A stretch of DNA of 64,000 nucleotides, taken from the NCBI GenBank assembly GCA_965220045.1, contig OZ244803.1, positions 1,136,196-1,200,195 on the forward strand, given 5' to 3'. The notes beneath the pieces were generated by a model. The model had not been told where the DNA came from. It ran no database searches and worked only from the letters and a program-made list of their open reading frames with translations. The position numbers were made by a program, and so were the translations under genes. Below are positions 27,842 through 37,950 of the stretch, piece after piece (within the stretch, counting starts at the first letter, position 1; the number at the start of each line of letters is the position of its first letter). This stretch comes from Chloroflexota bacterium. GTDB taxonomy: Bacteria; Chloroflexota; UBA11872; VXOZ01.

Positions 27842-28951
27842 CTAGAAAATCGACTCTTGCGTCCGCATATCGAAGGCGTGGCACTTATCCACGTCAACCA
27901 CCATTTCGATGTCGCGGCCGATCACCGCTTCAGCGCGCGGGTCGAGGCGGGCAACGAAGTCGATATCGCCGGCGAGGCAGTATACGTACATTTCCGAGCC
28001 CAAGGTTTCCACCACGTCCACGCGGGCCGTCATAGAGTTGCCTTCTGATACATCAAGTGCGGCGGGACGGAAGCGCGGGTCGAACATGTCCTCAGGCCGC
28101 CAGCCGAAGTAAATCCGGTCCGTCTCGGCCTTGGCCAGCGCGGCAGCCTTGTCAGGCGGCCAGCGGAGCTTGAAGCCGCCGGTCTCAACCCACATTTCGT
28201 CGGCGTCGCCGGTCAGCGTGGCCTCCTGGAAGTTCATGGCCGGGCTACCAATGAAACCGGCTACGAACATGTTGGACGGATGGTCGTAGATGTTCTGCGG
28301 CGAGTCCAATTGCTGCAGTACGCCGTCACGCATGACCGCAATGCGATGACCCATCGTCATAGCTTCGACCTGGTCGTGGGTGACGTAGATCGTCGTGGTC
28401 TCCAAGCGGCGATGGAGCTTGATGAGCTCCGCGCGCGTGGTAACGCGCAGCTTGGCGTCCAAGTTGGAAAGCGGCTCATCCATCAAGAAGACGGCGGGGT
28501 CGCGCACAATTGCGCGTCCCAGCGCGACACGCTGCCGCTGGCCTCCGGAAAGCTGCCGGGGCTTGCGGTTGAGGAGTTCGCCGATGCCGAGCATCTCAGC
28601 ACTCTCACGAACACGGCGATCGATCTCTTTCTTGGGCGTGCGGCGCAGCCGCAAACCAAACGCGAGATTGTCGTACACCGACATGTGCGGATAGAGCGCG
28701 TAAGACTGGAACACCATCGCGATGTCACGGTCCTTCGGCGGCACGTCGTTGACCAAGCGGTCGCCGATAAAGAGACTGCCTTCCGTAATCTCTTCAAGGC
28801 CGGCGATCATGCGCAGCGTCGTCGACTTGCCGCAGCCGGACGGGCCGACGAGGACGAGGAACTCCTTGTCCTTTACTTCCAAATTCATGTTGCTCACCGC
28901 GACAACTTCGCCAAAGCGCTTTGTTACGGCTTCAAGAGTTACACTAGCCAT
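27842..28951 (-). CDS. Carbohydrate ABC importer ATPase (MalK/MsmX/UgpC-like)
   Basis: GPSGCGKST, VFQSYALYPHM, LSGGQRQR, DEPLSNLD, FIGSPAMN, TOBE tail; GGAG SD. Confidence 0.95.
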   Translation of the reverse strand: MASVTLEAVTKRFGEVVAVSNMNLEVKDKEFLVLVGPSGCGKSTTLRMIAGLEEITEGSLFIGDRLVNDVPPKDRDIAMVFQSYALYPHMSVYDNLAFGLRLRRTPKKEIDRRVRESAEMLGIGELLNRKPRQLSGGQRQRVALGRAIVRDPAVFLMDEPLSNLDAKLRVTTRAELIKLHRRLETTTIYVTHDQVEAMTMGHRIAVMRDGVLQQLDSPQNIYDHPSNMFVAGFIGSPAMNFQEATLTGDADEMWVETGGFKLRWPPDKAAALAKAETDRIYFGWRPEDMFDPRFRPAALDVSEGNSMTARVDVVETLGSEMYVYCLAGDIDFVARLDPRAEAVIGRDIEMVVDVDKCHAFDMRTQESIF

Positions 28952-29183
28952 TTGCAGCAACTCCTTCTCTAAGTTTCGCTTCTCCCACCCGCTTTCGATC
29001 GGGCGGCGTATGGCCTCAAACACACTATTGCGCTTGCGGGCTCGTCTCCGTGGCAATACGCCACCGACCGTGCGCCGCACAGTACACGTGAAGTTTACGC
29101 TATGGTTTCTGGGTCGTCAAGTCCGCCCAGAGTATTCTGCCTTCCCCCTCGATTCTCTGCACCGTGTGGCCCCAAGGATGAGA

Positions 29184-29573
29184 CTACTGCGGGAACAGGG
29201 CGAAGTACAGCACGACGAGGACTACCACCAGCGTTACGCCAACTATGGCGGTATTGACGGGCGTCCAGAATTGTGACGCATCCGCCTCCTGCTCGTCGGG
29301 CAACTCGCCCGTTGCTTCGAAATGACACTCACGGTGATACGGTGCAAAGGTGCGCGGCGCCGTGTACCCAACCGGCGCGATGCGGGTTGGCGCGCCGGTC
29401 TCATTGGAGGCAACCACCAGGTCTTCCTTCTCAGTGATGGCGCCGCCGCACCACTGGCATACCGGGAACCCCTCTGGCGACTCATCGATAGGGCCTCCCG
29501 TCCGGTCTGTGCCGTCCTGGAAATCCGGCCGAGATTCTTCCAAGGGCGAGGAATCATCGCTGTGGTTCTTCAT
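29184..29573 (-). CDS. Hypothetical tail-anchored protein with putative Zn finger
   Basis: CQWC…YHREC, acidic N-terminus, C-terminal TM helix. Confidence 0.6.
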   Translation of the reverse strand: MKNHSDDSSPLEESRPDFQDGTDRTGGPIDESPEGFPVCQWCGGAITEKEDLVVASNETGAPTRIAPVGYTAPRTFAPYHRECHFEATGELPDEQEADASQFWTPVNTAIVGVTLVVVLVVLYFALFPQ

Positions 29574-29697
29574 ATCGCTCCGCTATCGACCCTTGCAGGC
29601 AGCTCACTGAGTGGCAAACTTTACATCTGAATCTGTCGGACTGTAGTGAATTGGTGTAGAGATGACCACGGCTATTGAACGCTGCCGCGCCGCGCTG

Positions 29698-31068
29698 CTA
29701 CATGGTCAAGTATTCCGCGCTTGCCGCGAACAGTTCCTCAGTCATGGCCCGCACGTCGTCGAGTGAACACTGGGTGGTCGTAATCGGGTCCAATGCAATT
29801 GCTTCATGGACGCGGCGCCGGTCATGTTCGAGCATCGCTTGCACCGTAAGTTCCTGCACGTTGACGTTGGTGCGGTTGATGCCTGCGCACTGGGGCGGGA
29901 GATCGCCAATGAAGCAGGGATGAAGCCCCGCGCTATCCACCAAGATCGGCACTTCTACATTGCAGCCGCGAGGAAGGTTAGTAATCAGATCCGTATTTGG
30001 AACATTACCGTTGAAGCGATAGGGAGTGTCGGTCTCAATAGCGTGCAGAATGTACGAACAATATTCGTGCGTGCGGCTGAATGGCAGGGGGTCAGGGCCC
30101 TCAAGTTGGCTCCGCTGGGTTGCAAAGTAGTCTTCGCGCCGTTCTTGCCGCGCATACATGAATGACTCGCGAATTACCGCTTCATCGTCCACCAAATTCC
30201 CGCTCTCGTCTCTCGCGACGTTGTTCTCTTCGGCCCAGCGTCTCAGGTGTTGCGGCATGAAACGGGCCCGGTCTGCCGCGGTGCGGCGAAACCAAGGCGT
30301 GTATTCCGACATGTGGTGACTCGACTCGGTGACAAAGTAGGCAAAGTGACGCAGGATCTCGAAGCGAACACTGTCCTTGCCGTAAACCTCAGCATTCTCC
30401 AGCGCTGCCCGCAAGCGTGGATACAAGTCCTCCCCACGGTACGTGTGATGACGGAGTTGCAGGAACCACGCCTGGTGGTTGATGCCGGCCACCCAATACG
30501 AAATCTCCTCCGGCGGCAAATCCATGTAGTTGGCAAGTTGCCCGGCGGTGCCCTGTACGCTATGGCACAGGCCCACAGCGCGTACGTTGCTGGTAGCGCC
30601 GATGAGCCACATGTTGATGTTCATGGGGTTCGCATAGTTGATGAGCAGCGCATCCGGGCACAGTTCATCCATATCCTGCGCGATCGCTGCGAGCACGGGA
30701 GCGGTCCGGAGACCCCGAAAGACACCGCCGGGACCGATAGTGTCGGCCACGGTCTGATACACACCGTAACGGGCGGGAATTTTCCAGTCCTGCATGCGGA
30801 GCGGCTGGCCGCCGACGTCAATTGCCGTGATGACGTAGTCGGCGCCGGCGATTGCTTCCCGCCGGTCGGTGGTGGCGGTAACAGTCGCGCCAAGCCCCTG
30901 TTCCCGGATGAGCCGCTGCACGAATTGGCTCGTGATTGCCAACGTTTCGCCATCGATGTCCATGAGCGCCAGCGCACTCTCGCGCTGCTCAGGCCACGTC
31001 AAGATGTCGGTGAGGATGCGGCGGGCAAACGTCACGCTGCCGGCGCCAATAAAGGCAATCTTTGCCAT
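29698..31068 (-). CDS. GH4 family glycoside hydrolase (alpha-galactosidase-like)
   Basis: FIGAGS, DTIGPGG, NYANP, GLCHSV, AGINH, TESSHH. Confidence 0.92.
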   Translation of the reverse strand: MAKIAFIGAGSVTFARRILTDILTWPEQRESALALMDIDGETLAITSQFVQRLIREQGLGATVTATTDRREAIAGADYVITAIDVGGQPLRMQDWKIPARYGVYQTVADTIGPGGVFRGLRTAPVLAAIAQDMDELCPDALLINYANPMNINMWLIGATSNVRAVGLCHSVQGTAGQLANYMDLPPEEISYWVAGINHQAWFLQLRHHTYRGEDLYPRLRAALENAEVYGKDSVRFEILRHFAYFVTESSHHMSEYTPWFRRTAADRARFMPQHLRRWAEENNVARDESGNLVDDEAVIRESFMYARQERREDYFATQRSQLEGPDPLPFSRTHEYCSYILHAIETDTPYRFNGNVPNTDLITNLPRGCNVEVPILVDSAGLHPCFIGDLPPQCAGINRTNVNVQELTVQAMLEHDRRRVHEAIALDPITTTQCSLDDVRAMTEELFAASAEYLTM

Positions 31069-31159
31069 GCTTTTCTGCTCCACAGGTATCGGGTCATACT
31101 TAGAGGCATAGTAGGCTGCGAACTGCGCAGGGTCAAGCGCAACAGTTGGGAAGGGGTGT

Positions 31160-32233
31160 CTAGCTGCTCAGACGCCGACGAAGCTGACGTAAGCCGGGAA
31201 CAAGCCGCGTGACGGCGTAGTAGCCGGGGCGATTCAGCACCAGGTCGTATGCCCCGAGACGGCGCACATAATGCGCTCCGAAGCCGCTCTTGAACCGGTA
31301 CACGCCCCACAAGGGATCGCTCTCATTCATCACCGTCGGCGCGCCCCACAGATCGTACCAGCGGCAGCCACGCTCTATCAGCCACTGGATAGCGTGCCAC
31401 TGCAAGAGGTAGTTGGGCATCTTGTCACGGTGCCGCTGGGAGGATGCGCCTGTATAGAACCAGCCGATGCCATCGACGTGGATAAGATAGAGCCCTGCCA
31501 CGGCCTCACCGTCGACGTGCGCCAGAAAGCACGCGCCTTGTGCGGACTGATGGAACAGCGTCCACAAGTCATGGTAGTAGCGCTCTTCTCGTATGGCAAA
31601 GCCGTCGCGCCTGGCAGTCTCCGCATACAGACGAAACAATTCGTGCCAGTCGGTAGATTGCTCGATTTCCACGCCGCGCCGTGTCGCCAGGCGGATATTG
31701 TAGCGTGTCTTTGGTTTCATGGAGGCTAGCAGTGCGTCGGCCCCGCCCGCCAGGTCGAGCATGGCGGTATGTGGAAACTGAATCTGCTGGTGGCTGGCTT
31801 GCCAACCGCGCTCTTGGTACAGGCGGGCAGTGCTCGTGTTGGCCTCTGGGATATCGGGGTCAGTCTTTACATAAAGCGCCCTCGCCTCCCGTGCGGCTCC
31901 GGCGATGCAGTCCATGACCGCAGCAAAGAGCGGTTGATTGGCGTAGTCAAGCACGGGGCCTTTGGGTACGTAGGCAACCATCCAAGGTAAACCGGGAATC
32001 CGGCGGGTAAGCAGCGTGAAAGCGGCAGCGACCTGGTTGTCGTAATCGCACAAGAAGCGCTGAGTCTGCCACCCGTGGCGCTCTCGGAGCGCGCCCCATT
32101 CCCAGGTCTGGAGGAAATGCGGGCTTGGCAAGGCCTGCAGCGCCTGATCCCAGGCCGCATGTGTGACATTCGCGATGACTTGTAGCTTGGGAGGCTTCAA
32201 AGCGCTGCGTTCACCACGGGCATTTGGTTGCAT
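31160..32233 (-). CDS. FemABX family peptidoglycan peptidyltransferase
   Basis: HFLQTWEWG, YVPKGP, KTRYNIR, YDLWG, GVYRFKSGFG. Confidence 0.9.
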   Translation of the reverse strand: MQPNARGERSALKPPKLQVIANVTHAAWDQALQALPSPHFLQTWEWGALRERHGWQTQRFLCDYDNQVAAAFTLLTRRIPGLPWMVAYVPKGPVLDYANQPLFAAVMDCIAGAAREARALYVKTDPDIPEANTSTARLYQERGWQASHQQIQFPHTAMLDLAGGADALLASMKPKTRYNIRLATRRGVEIEQSTDWHELFRLYAETARRDGFAIREERYYHDLWTLFHQSAQGACFLAHVDGEAVAGLYLIHVDGIGWFYTGASSQRHRDKMPNYLLQWHAIQWLIERGCRWYDLWGAPTVMNESDPLWGVYRFKSGFGAHYVRRLGAYDLVLNRPGYYAVTRLVPGLRQLRRRLSS

Positions 32234-32283
32234 AGTCTCTCTGGAGTCAACTCGTCCTTGCCTGGAATGGGCGGCGACCTGGC

Positions 32284-32356
32284 CCGTCATGCCCGCGCAA
32301 GCGGGAATCTACCCCTTTTGCGCGCGCCCTGATTTTGGCTCTCGCCGCGATGACGG
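32284..32356. repeat. Inverted pair of CGTC-type REP-like palindromes between the fem genes
   Basis: ccgtcatgcccgcgcaagcgggaatct … degenerate …gcgatgacgg. Confidence 0.7.
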
Positions 32357-32391
32357 CAAAATGCACGCACTCCCGAGTCTTGCGACTGCCC

Positions 32392-33444
32392 TCAAAGTCC
32401 AGGCAACAGCTTTCGTGCTAGCGGCGAGAATTGCCGCCACACCCAGAATCGACGCGCATCCAGCGCCGCTACCGCTGCAGGGGCATAGGTGACGACCCGC
32501 GGCGAGAAACCGCGCTTGAATCGATGCACTCCCGCCATGGGTTCGGTTGGGTCGGAAGTGGCCGGCATGCCCCAGAGATCATAAGTGTGACAGCCATGAT
32601 CCTTGGCCCAGCACATGGCGTGCCATTGCAGGCCGTGACCAATGCGCAAGTCTCGCTGTGCCGTCGCGCTGGCGCCAAACAGGTAGGTGGCCGTATTGCC
32701 GAAAGCGGTCAGCAACAAGCCTCCGACAGGCTTGCCGGCATGCTCAGCCAAGAAGAGCGTAACCAGTCCTGCTGCCTCCAGTGTTTCGCGCATGGTCGCG
32801 AAGTACGGCCAGGTGTGGATGCCAAAACTGTCGCGCTCTGCCGTCTCTGTAAGCAACGCGTAGAAGTCTTGCCAGTCTTTGTCTGCTTGGGCGATGCGTA
32901 CCTCTAGCCCCCGTCGGAAAGCCAAGCGGATATTGCGGCGCATGCTGCTTTGAAAACCGGCGAGCACCGTTTCGGGCGGCGGCCGCAGATCGACAAGACC
33001 GGTTGCCGGCGGTTGAATATAGTCCGGTGTAGGGGCAAAGTTGGCAGGCAGTTGCGGGCCCTGGTGCGCTTCCCATGGAGGCTCGACCCAAAGCGCAAAC
33101 GCACCGGCCTGGCGCGCTGCCGCCGCAACGTGCCCTAAGATTGCTTGTGCCGCCTTGGTTCCGCCGGGTGCGCAGACCGGCCCCCGGGGAACGTATGCAA
33201 GAGAACCCAGGAACGGTGTGCGGCGCCGCAGCCACTGGGCAGCAGCGACAGGCTCTCCGTCGCGCACGCACAACGTGCGCGCTGCTCTCCAGCCGGTACG
33301 TGACTTGAATTCGCCCCACGCCCAACTCTGGAGCAATCCTCCGCCCCAAGCTGCAACCAGCACGTCCCACTCTTGTTGATTGTGTGCCGCCGTGAAAGTC
33401 AGATCAGTCGCCGCATCGCCTGCGGCGACTTCTCCATTTGCCAC
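32392..33444 (-). CDS. FemABX family peptidoglycan peptidyltransferase (second paralog)
   Basis: LLQSWAWG, YVPRGP, RRNIR, YDLWG, GVHRFKRGF. Confidence 0.88.
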   Translation of the reverse strand: MANGEVAAGDAATDLTFTAAHNQQEWDVLVAAWGGGLLQSWAWGEFKSRTGWRAARTLCVRDGEPVAAAQWLRRRTPFLGSLAYVPRGPVCAPGGTKAAQAILGHVAAAARQAGAFALWVEPPWEAHQGPQLPANFAPTPDYIQPPATGLVDLRPPPETVLAGFQSSMRRNIRLAFRRGLEVRIAQADKDWQDFYALLTETAERDSFGIHTWPYFATMRETLEAAGLVTLFLAEHAGKPVGGLLLTAFGNTATYLFGASATAQRDLRIGHGLQWHAMCWAKDHGCHTYDLWGMPATSDPTEPMAGVHRFKRGFSPRVVTYAPAAVAALDARRFWVWRQFSPLARKLLPGL

Positions 33445-33447
33445 GGA

Positions 33448-34617
33448 CTATCCCTCAGCAGGCTGGGGGGCACCGCGCTCCGGCTCTTTCCGCAGTCCAC
33501 CGATCGCCAGCATCAGTCCGCCGAGCCCGAGAATGATCACAACCAGAGGCGCCCAGGGTCCAACGTACGGTATGAACGAAATGCCGTAGAGGATGAGCAA
33601 GCCGATCAGCAGCCCAAAGAATTGGATGAGACGCCGGTTGCCGTCCGCAATGAAACTGAGTATCAGGCGTCCAATAGTCATACCGACAAACACCTGGGCT
33701 GAAAAGAGCGCAATGCCATAGAGTATGAGCGCTATAAACCCTAACGGAATGCCAACGACGGTGATCATCACGAGGATTGAAACAATCGGCACGACGATCA
33801 GAAAGACGATGCCCATCCCGATACTCATCAGTGGGTTTTCAAGCAGTTGGTTGGACGCGGTGATGGCAAGCCGCGGGAAAACGAGGAGGAACACCGTGCC
33901 ATACACGGCGGTCATGATGAGGCCGACAATTCCTACAACGATCGAGTCAAAGGAAAAGCCAACATCGATGTCGGTTGCTTCCGCAGTCATCTCGTGCATC
34001 GTTTCGCCGCCAATTTCGGCCCCACCGGCGATCTCAGCTTCGTTCTCCGATCGATAGGTGAGATCCCCGCCGATGCTTGCGCCGTCGCTGATGATTAGAT
34101 TCGATACGCTCATGTCGAATTCTGTGCCAACGCTGCCATTGTGAGTCACCTTGTCGGCAACACCGGCAACGCGGCGCTCCACGGTACCGTCAACCGTTGC
34201 GGTCGCAACTGTCAATATCAGATCACGGCCGACTACTCCGCCAGAGATGAGGTCAGCGGTGTTGCTAAGCAGCAGCGCATCTCCGGCGATTGTTCCCGCT
34301 ATCGTGACACTATTGGCGGCGATGCGCGCGCCCTGGGAAACGGTGCCGTTTATCGTGACATCAGTTCCAGCCAGGCTCACATTGCCATTCACGGTCCCGT
34401 TGATTTCAATCGTAGTGCCGGCGGCAAAAACATCGCCATTGACAGTGCCGTTGATAACTAACGTCGTGCCAAGCAGATAGAGGTCGTCGTCGATGACTTC
34501 GCCTTCACCAATAGTAACCGAGGTATCGGTGCGAAAGTCTGCCGCGTGGGTGACAGTGGCACCCAGGAGCGCAAGTAGGAAGGCGATTATCAACGCAAGA
34601 CTGAGGCGTTGTTTCAT
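33448..34617 (-). CDS. Signal peptide + bactofilin-like beta-helix + multi-TM protein (polymer-forming cytoskeletal family)
   Basis: Repeated INGTVNGD/N units; C-terminal TM bundle; AAGGAG SD. Confidence 0.8.
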   Translation of the reverse strand: MKQRLSLALIIAFLLALLGATVTHAADFRTDTSVTIGEGEVIDDDLYLLGTTLVINGTVNGDVFAAGTTIEINGTVNGNVSLAGTDVTINGTVSQGARIAANSVTIAGTIAGDALLLSNTADLISGGVVGRDLILTVATATVDGTVERRVAGVADKVTHNGSVGTEFDMSVSNLIISDGASIGGDLTYRSENEAEIAGGAEIGGETMHEMTAEATDIDVGFSFDSIVVGIVGLIMTAVYGTVFLLVFPRLAITASNQLLENPLMSIGMGIVFLIVVPIVSILVMITVVGIPLGFIALILYGIALFSAQVFVGMTIGRLILSFIADGNRRLIQFFGLLIGLLILYGISFIPYVGPWAPLVVIILGLGGLMLAIGGLRKEPERGAPQPAEG

Positions 34618-34675
34618 TTGAATACTTCTCCTTGTGGACAAGGGGTCGTTCTCGCCAGTTCAGATTCTGTTGCTT

Positions 34676-35395
34676 TCAGGGTACCTTATTTGCGATGTGC
34701 ACTGCCACTGTGCCCAGCCCCAGGTATCGATATGTGACCTCTGGAAAACCCGCTGTCCGCATCGCTTCAGCCAGATTTGGCGCGTTGGGAAAGGCCTGCA
34801 ATGACGTAGGCAAATAGGTGTACGCCTCCTGATGTCTGACCAGTAGTTTTCCCAGTAGAGGAACGACGTTGTTGAAATACAGCGCAAAGGCGTTGCGAAA
34901 TCCTGGCACGGGCGGATGTGTGATCTCCAACGAGATGAAGCGCCCGCCGGGGCGAAGAACGCGGTAGCACTCGGCAAAGAAGACTTCCAGGTCCACCAGG
35001 TTCCGGAGCAAGAAGGCGTTGGTCACGACATCGACGCTGGCATCGGGTAAGGGCAACGTCAGCACGTCCGCCCGCAGGAATTCGATGGGAAAGCGCTGTT
35101 CTTCGAGGCGCGCGTGTTTTTCACGTGCCAGGACAAGCATCGGCGGCGAGAAGTCAACGCCAAGGATGGTGCATGGGGCCATGGCTTCCTGCATAACGGC
35201 AAAGCTGAGATCGCCGGTGCCGCACGCAAGATCCACGACTACGGCAGGATCGGTGGCGACGATTTCACGCGCTGCCGTGCGCCGCCAGAGATGGTGCGCG
35301 CCCGCGGTCATGACCGAATTCATGAAATCGTACGTCGGCGCTATGGCATCGAACATGCGCCGCACATACGCCGGTTTCTCTTCTTGCGAGATCAT
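34676..35395 (-). CDS. menG: Demethylmenaquinone methyltransferase (MenG/UbiE)
   Basis: MFDAIAPTYD-MN, DLACGTGD, RVLRPGG, AYTYLP-S. Confidence 0.9.
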   Translation of the reverse strand: MISQEEKPAYVRRMFDAIAPTYDFMNSVMTAGAHHLWRRTAAREIVATDPAVVVDLACGTGDLSFAVMQEAMAPCTILGVDFSPPMLVLAREKHARLEEQRFPIEFLRADVLTLPLPDASVDVVTNAFLLRNLVDLEVFFAECYRVLRPGGRFISLEITHPPVPGFRNAFALYFNNVVPLLGKLLVRHQEAYTYLPTSLQAFPNAPNLAEAMRTAGFPEVTYRYLGLGTVAVHIANKVP

Positions 35396-35462
35396 TGCTT
35401 TCCGTTAGCGCTGCGGAAATGTGAGAGCGTATGAAACGCGCGTTAGCCAACGCATTGCGAAG

Positions 35463-36932
35463 CTAGCCGGCGCGCAGATCGGCGACGACATCGCTATCGA
35501 GTGGATAGATAGGGCGCACGCAATGCTCGTACGGCATCGATTCAAGATTGAGGCTCGCGGAGCCGGGCGTATCCAAATGTACAATCCGGGCCGCGATTGA
35601 CCCGTACCATGTACGAAAACCGTTGGGCGACTTGGCAACGACCAAGTCAAAGTCCTGCGGCTCAAGGCCGAAGGCCTGGAAGACTCTGCGGCCAACGAAG
35701 AGGATGAGTCGCTCGGTGGTAAGCACAGCAATGTTGCCGATGGTGAGCACAGCCGTGCGGCCGGCCTGCTCGATCACGCCGTTTTCATAGGCAAATTCGC
35801 CGTCGTGCAAGCTCTTTACATAAACGGTCGCCGTAAACGGTGCGTGCCGTCCGGGATCCATCGTTCCGCCGAGCTGCACGGTGATGGTGCTCCCGACACC
35901 TGCCTCAAAGGCGGCGGCTACCGCCGGCGCGTCGATCAGGGGTACGAGGGCCCGTTTGCCGGAATCCTGCGCCAGCAATTCTCTGATTACGGCATTGCTG
36001 TCGCCCGGCGCACCGGAAGACGTCGCGTCGGCGGCATCGGAAAAGACCGTAAGGCCGGGGGTTTCCTGTACCTGGGCAACCGCTTCAGGGAGTGGTGTAA
36101 GTTCTGCCATCCACAGGTCGCGGTTATCCCACATGAATGTCGCGATCCGCTCGGCTTCTGCATTTGCCCGCTCTTGGTCGTCATCCGTCGTCACAAGCAC
36201 ATAGGACTGCAGATCGGGCACGTCCGTGAAGGGATTGGAGAGATAGATGTTGGCGGCGAGTCCTCCCGGCGACTCTTCGACTGCCTGGCACATGCGAATG
36301 GCGTCGCCAAATCGTCCGGTTGCCGTGAGCAGCTCATCGCCTCGGGCCATCAAGGGGATTTTTACGCGCGCTGTGGTTGGCGCGGCGCCCTCCTTCAGGA
36401 TGCGCGCCAGGTTGCGGGCCGCCCGCACTCCCGTCTCATAAAAGTCCGTGTGTGGATAGGTATGGTAGCCAACCATCATGTCGGCGGTGCCGAGCATGCG
36501 GTCGGTAATGACGGCGTGAAAGTCGAGGGAAGCGACGATTGGGATGGCGCCCACGTACTCCCGCACCGCTTCCAACAGCGTTCCCTCGGGATCGAAATCG
36601 GTCTCGCTGGCCATCGCGCCGTGCAGCACGAGCAGTACAGCGTCAATGTCGCTTACCGCTTTGACGCCGTCGATGACTTCCTGAATCAGCCGGTCGAGAA
36701 CGGCATCCGCGACCGGGCCATGGGGGACGGCCCACGCTGCCATGGTCGGGACAACCTCAATGTCGTCATGCTCCGCAAAAACATCGAGCGCGCCCGCGAT
36801 CTCGGTGTTCGTGCCTTGCAATTCCTCCACAATGGCGGCGCCGCGCACGACCCGAAAGTCCTCGTACTGGGTGAGATGAGGATTGAACGTCGCTGTTTCT
36901 TGCTGCAATTCTGCGATCAGGACACGCGCCAT
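35463..36932 (-). CDS. M81 family metallopeptidase (MlrC-like)
   Basis: QETATF, LHGAM, LDFHA, YHTYPHTD, DAAD…GAPGD. Confidence 0.9.
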   Translation of the reverse strand: MARVLIAELQQETATFNPHLTQYEDFRVVRGAAIVEELQGTNTEIAGALDVFAEHDDIEVVPTMAAWAVPHGPVADAVLDRLIQEVIDGVKAVSDIDAVLLVLHGAMASETDFDPEGTLLEAVREYVGAIPIVASLDFHAVITDRMLGTADMMVGYHTYPHTDFYETGVRAARNLARILKEGAAPTTARVKIPLMARGDELLTATGRFGDAIRMCQAVEESPGGLAANIYLSNPFTDVPDLQSYVLVTTDDDQERANAEAERIATFMWDNRDLWMAELTPLPEAVAQVQETPGLTVFSDAADATSSGAPGDSNAVIRELLAQDSGKRALVPLIDAPAVAAAFEAGVGSTITVQLGGTMDPGRHAPFTATVYVKSLHDGEFAYENGVIEQAGRTAVLTIGNIAVLTTERLILFVGRRVFQAFGLEPQDFDLVVAKSPNGFRTWYGSIAARIVHLDTPGSASLNLESMPYEHCVRPIYPLDSDVVADLRAG

Positions 36933-36962
36933 GGGACCTCTTTGCCTCCAAATGGTGTTCAA

Positions 36963-37928
36963 TCACTGTCTGCGTTCAACGACATAGTCAATCAGCATGT
37001 CAAGAGATTCGCGGCTGTCGCCCATGGGCAGTACCGATAGATTGGCGCGCGCGCGCTCGCCGAACTCCCTCGCCTTAGCGTACGCAATCTCTATCGCCCC
37101 GGAGTGGCGAATTGCCTCCACCGCTTCCCAAACGCTGTCGCCGCCCGCTGCCTCCTGTTTGAGCAGTCCGCTCACGGCCGGATGAGCGGGATTCTGGCGC
37201 AAGAAGATGATTGACGGCAGTGTGACAGTTCCTTCGCGCAGGTCGCCGCCGACAGGCTTACCCAGCTCTTCTTCCGTCCCCGCAATGTCGAGAATGTCGT
37301 CCACGATTTGAAAGGCGGTGCCCAGGTTCTCACCATAGACGCGCAGTGCCTTTCGTTCTTCCGTAGAAGCCCCGCCGACCAAACCCCCGCCATCACTGCA
37401 CAACTCGAAGAGAGAAGCGGTCTTCCCCTGTACCTTCGCGTAGTACTCCCCTTCGAGGGCTTCCATGTGCTCGATGTCTGAGAATTGCGTGGTCTCGCTG
37501 GCAACCATACGCATTACCGTGCGCGCCAACATGCGCACGAGTTCCGGGTCCCCCAATTCCGCCAAGACGTGGGAACACTTGGCAAAGAGATAGTCACCGG
37601 AAAGCACGGCGAGTGTGTTCGACCACACTGAGTTGGCCGTCGGCACGCCCCGCCGTACGTAGGCATGATCGATGACGTCGTCGTGAATGAGTGTCGCGGC
37701 ATGGAGAATCTCGATTGCCGCCGCAACCCGGACGGCCCGGGAGTCTGCCGGCGCATGGACTGACGCGGCAAGCAAGGTCAGCAGCGGCCGCAGCTTCTTA
37801 CCGCCGGCCGCCAGAATATGGCGCACCAATTGTGAGAGCGCGGGATTGGGGGTTTCTCCCCAAACGGATGACAAGTAGTCGTCAACCTCGTCGAGCCCTG
37901 CAACGACAGGCAGCGTGATCTTCCCCAT
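36963..37928 (-). CDS. Polyprenyl diphosphate synthase (HepT/IspB-like)
   Basis: GGKKLRP, HDDVID…RRG, GKTA, FQIVDDILD, GKPVGGDL. Confidence 0.93.
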   Translation of the reverse strand: MGKITLPVVAGLDEVDDYLSSVWGETPNPALSQLVRHILAAGGKKLRPLLTLLAASVHAPADSRAVRVAAAIEILHAATLIHDDVIDHAYVRRGVPTANSVWSNTLAVLSGDYLFAKCSHVLAELGDPELVRMLARTVMRMVASETTQFSDIEHMEALEGEYYAKVQGKTASLFELCSDGGGLVGGASTEERKALRVYGENLGTAFQIVDDILDIAGTEEELGKPVGGDLREGTVTLPSIIFLRQNPAHPAVSGLLKQEAAGGDSVWEAVEAIRHSGAIEIAYAKAREFGERARANLSVLPMGDSRESLDMLIDYVVERRQ

Positions 37929-37950
37929 GGAGGCAACCGGGTTAGACGGC

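Noticed and set aside
34140-34500. Repetitive INGTV-type units as a DNA repeat array
   Set aside because: Protein-level beta-helix repeats with diverged codons, not a nucleotide array.
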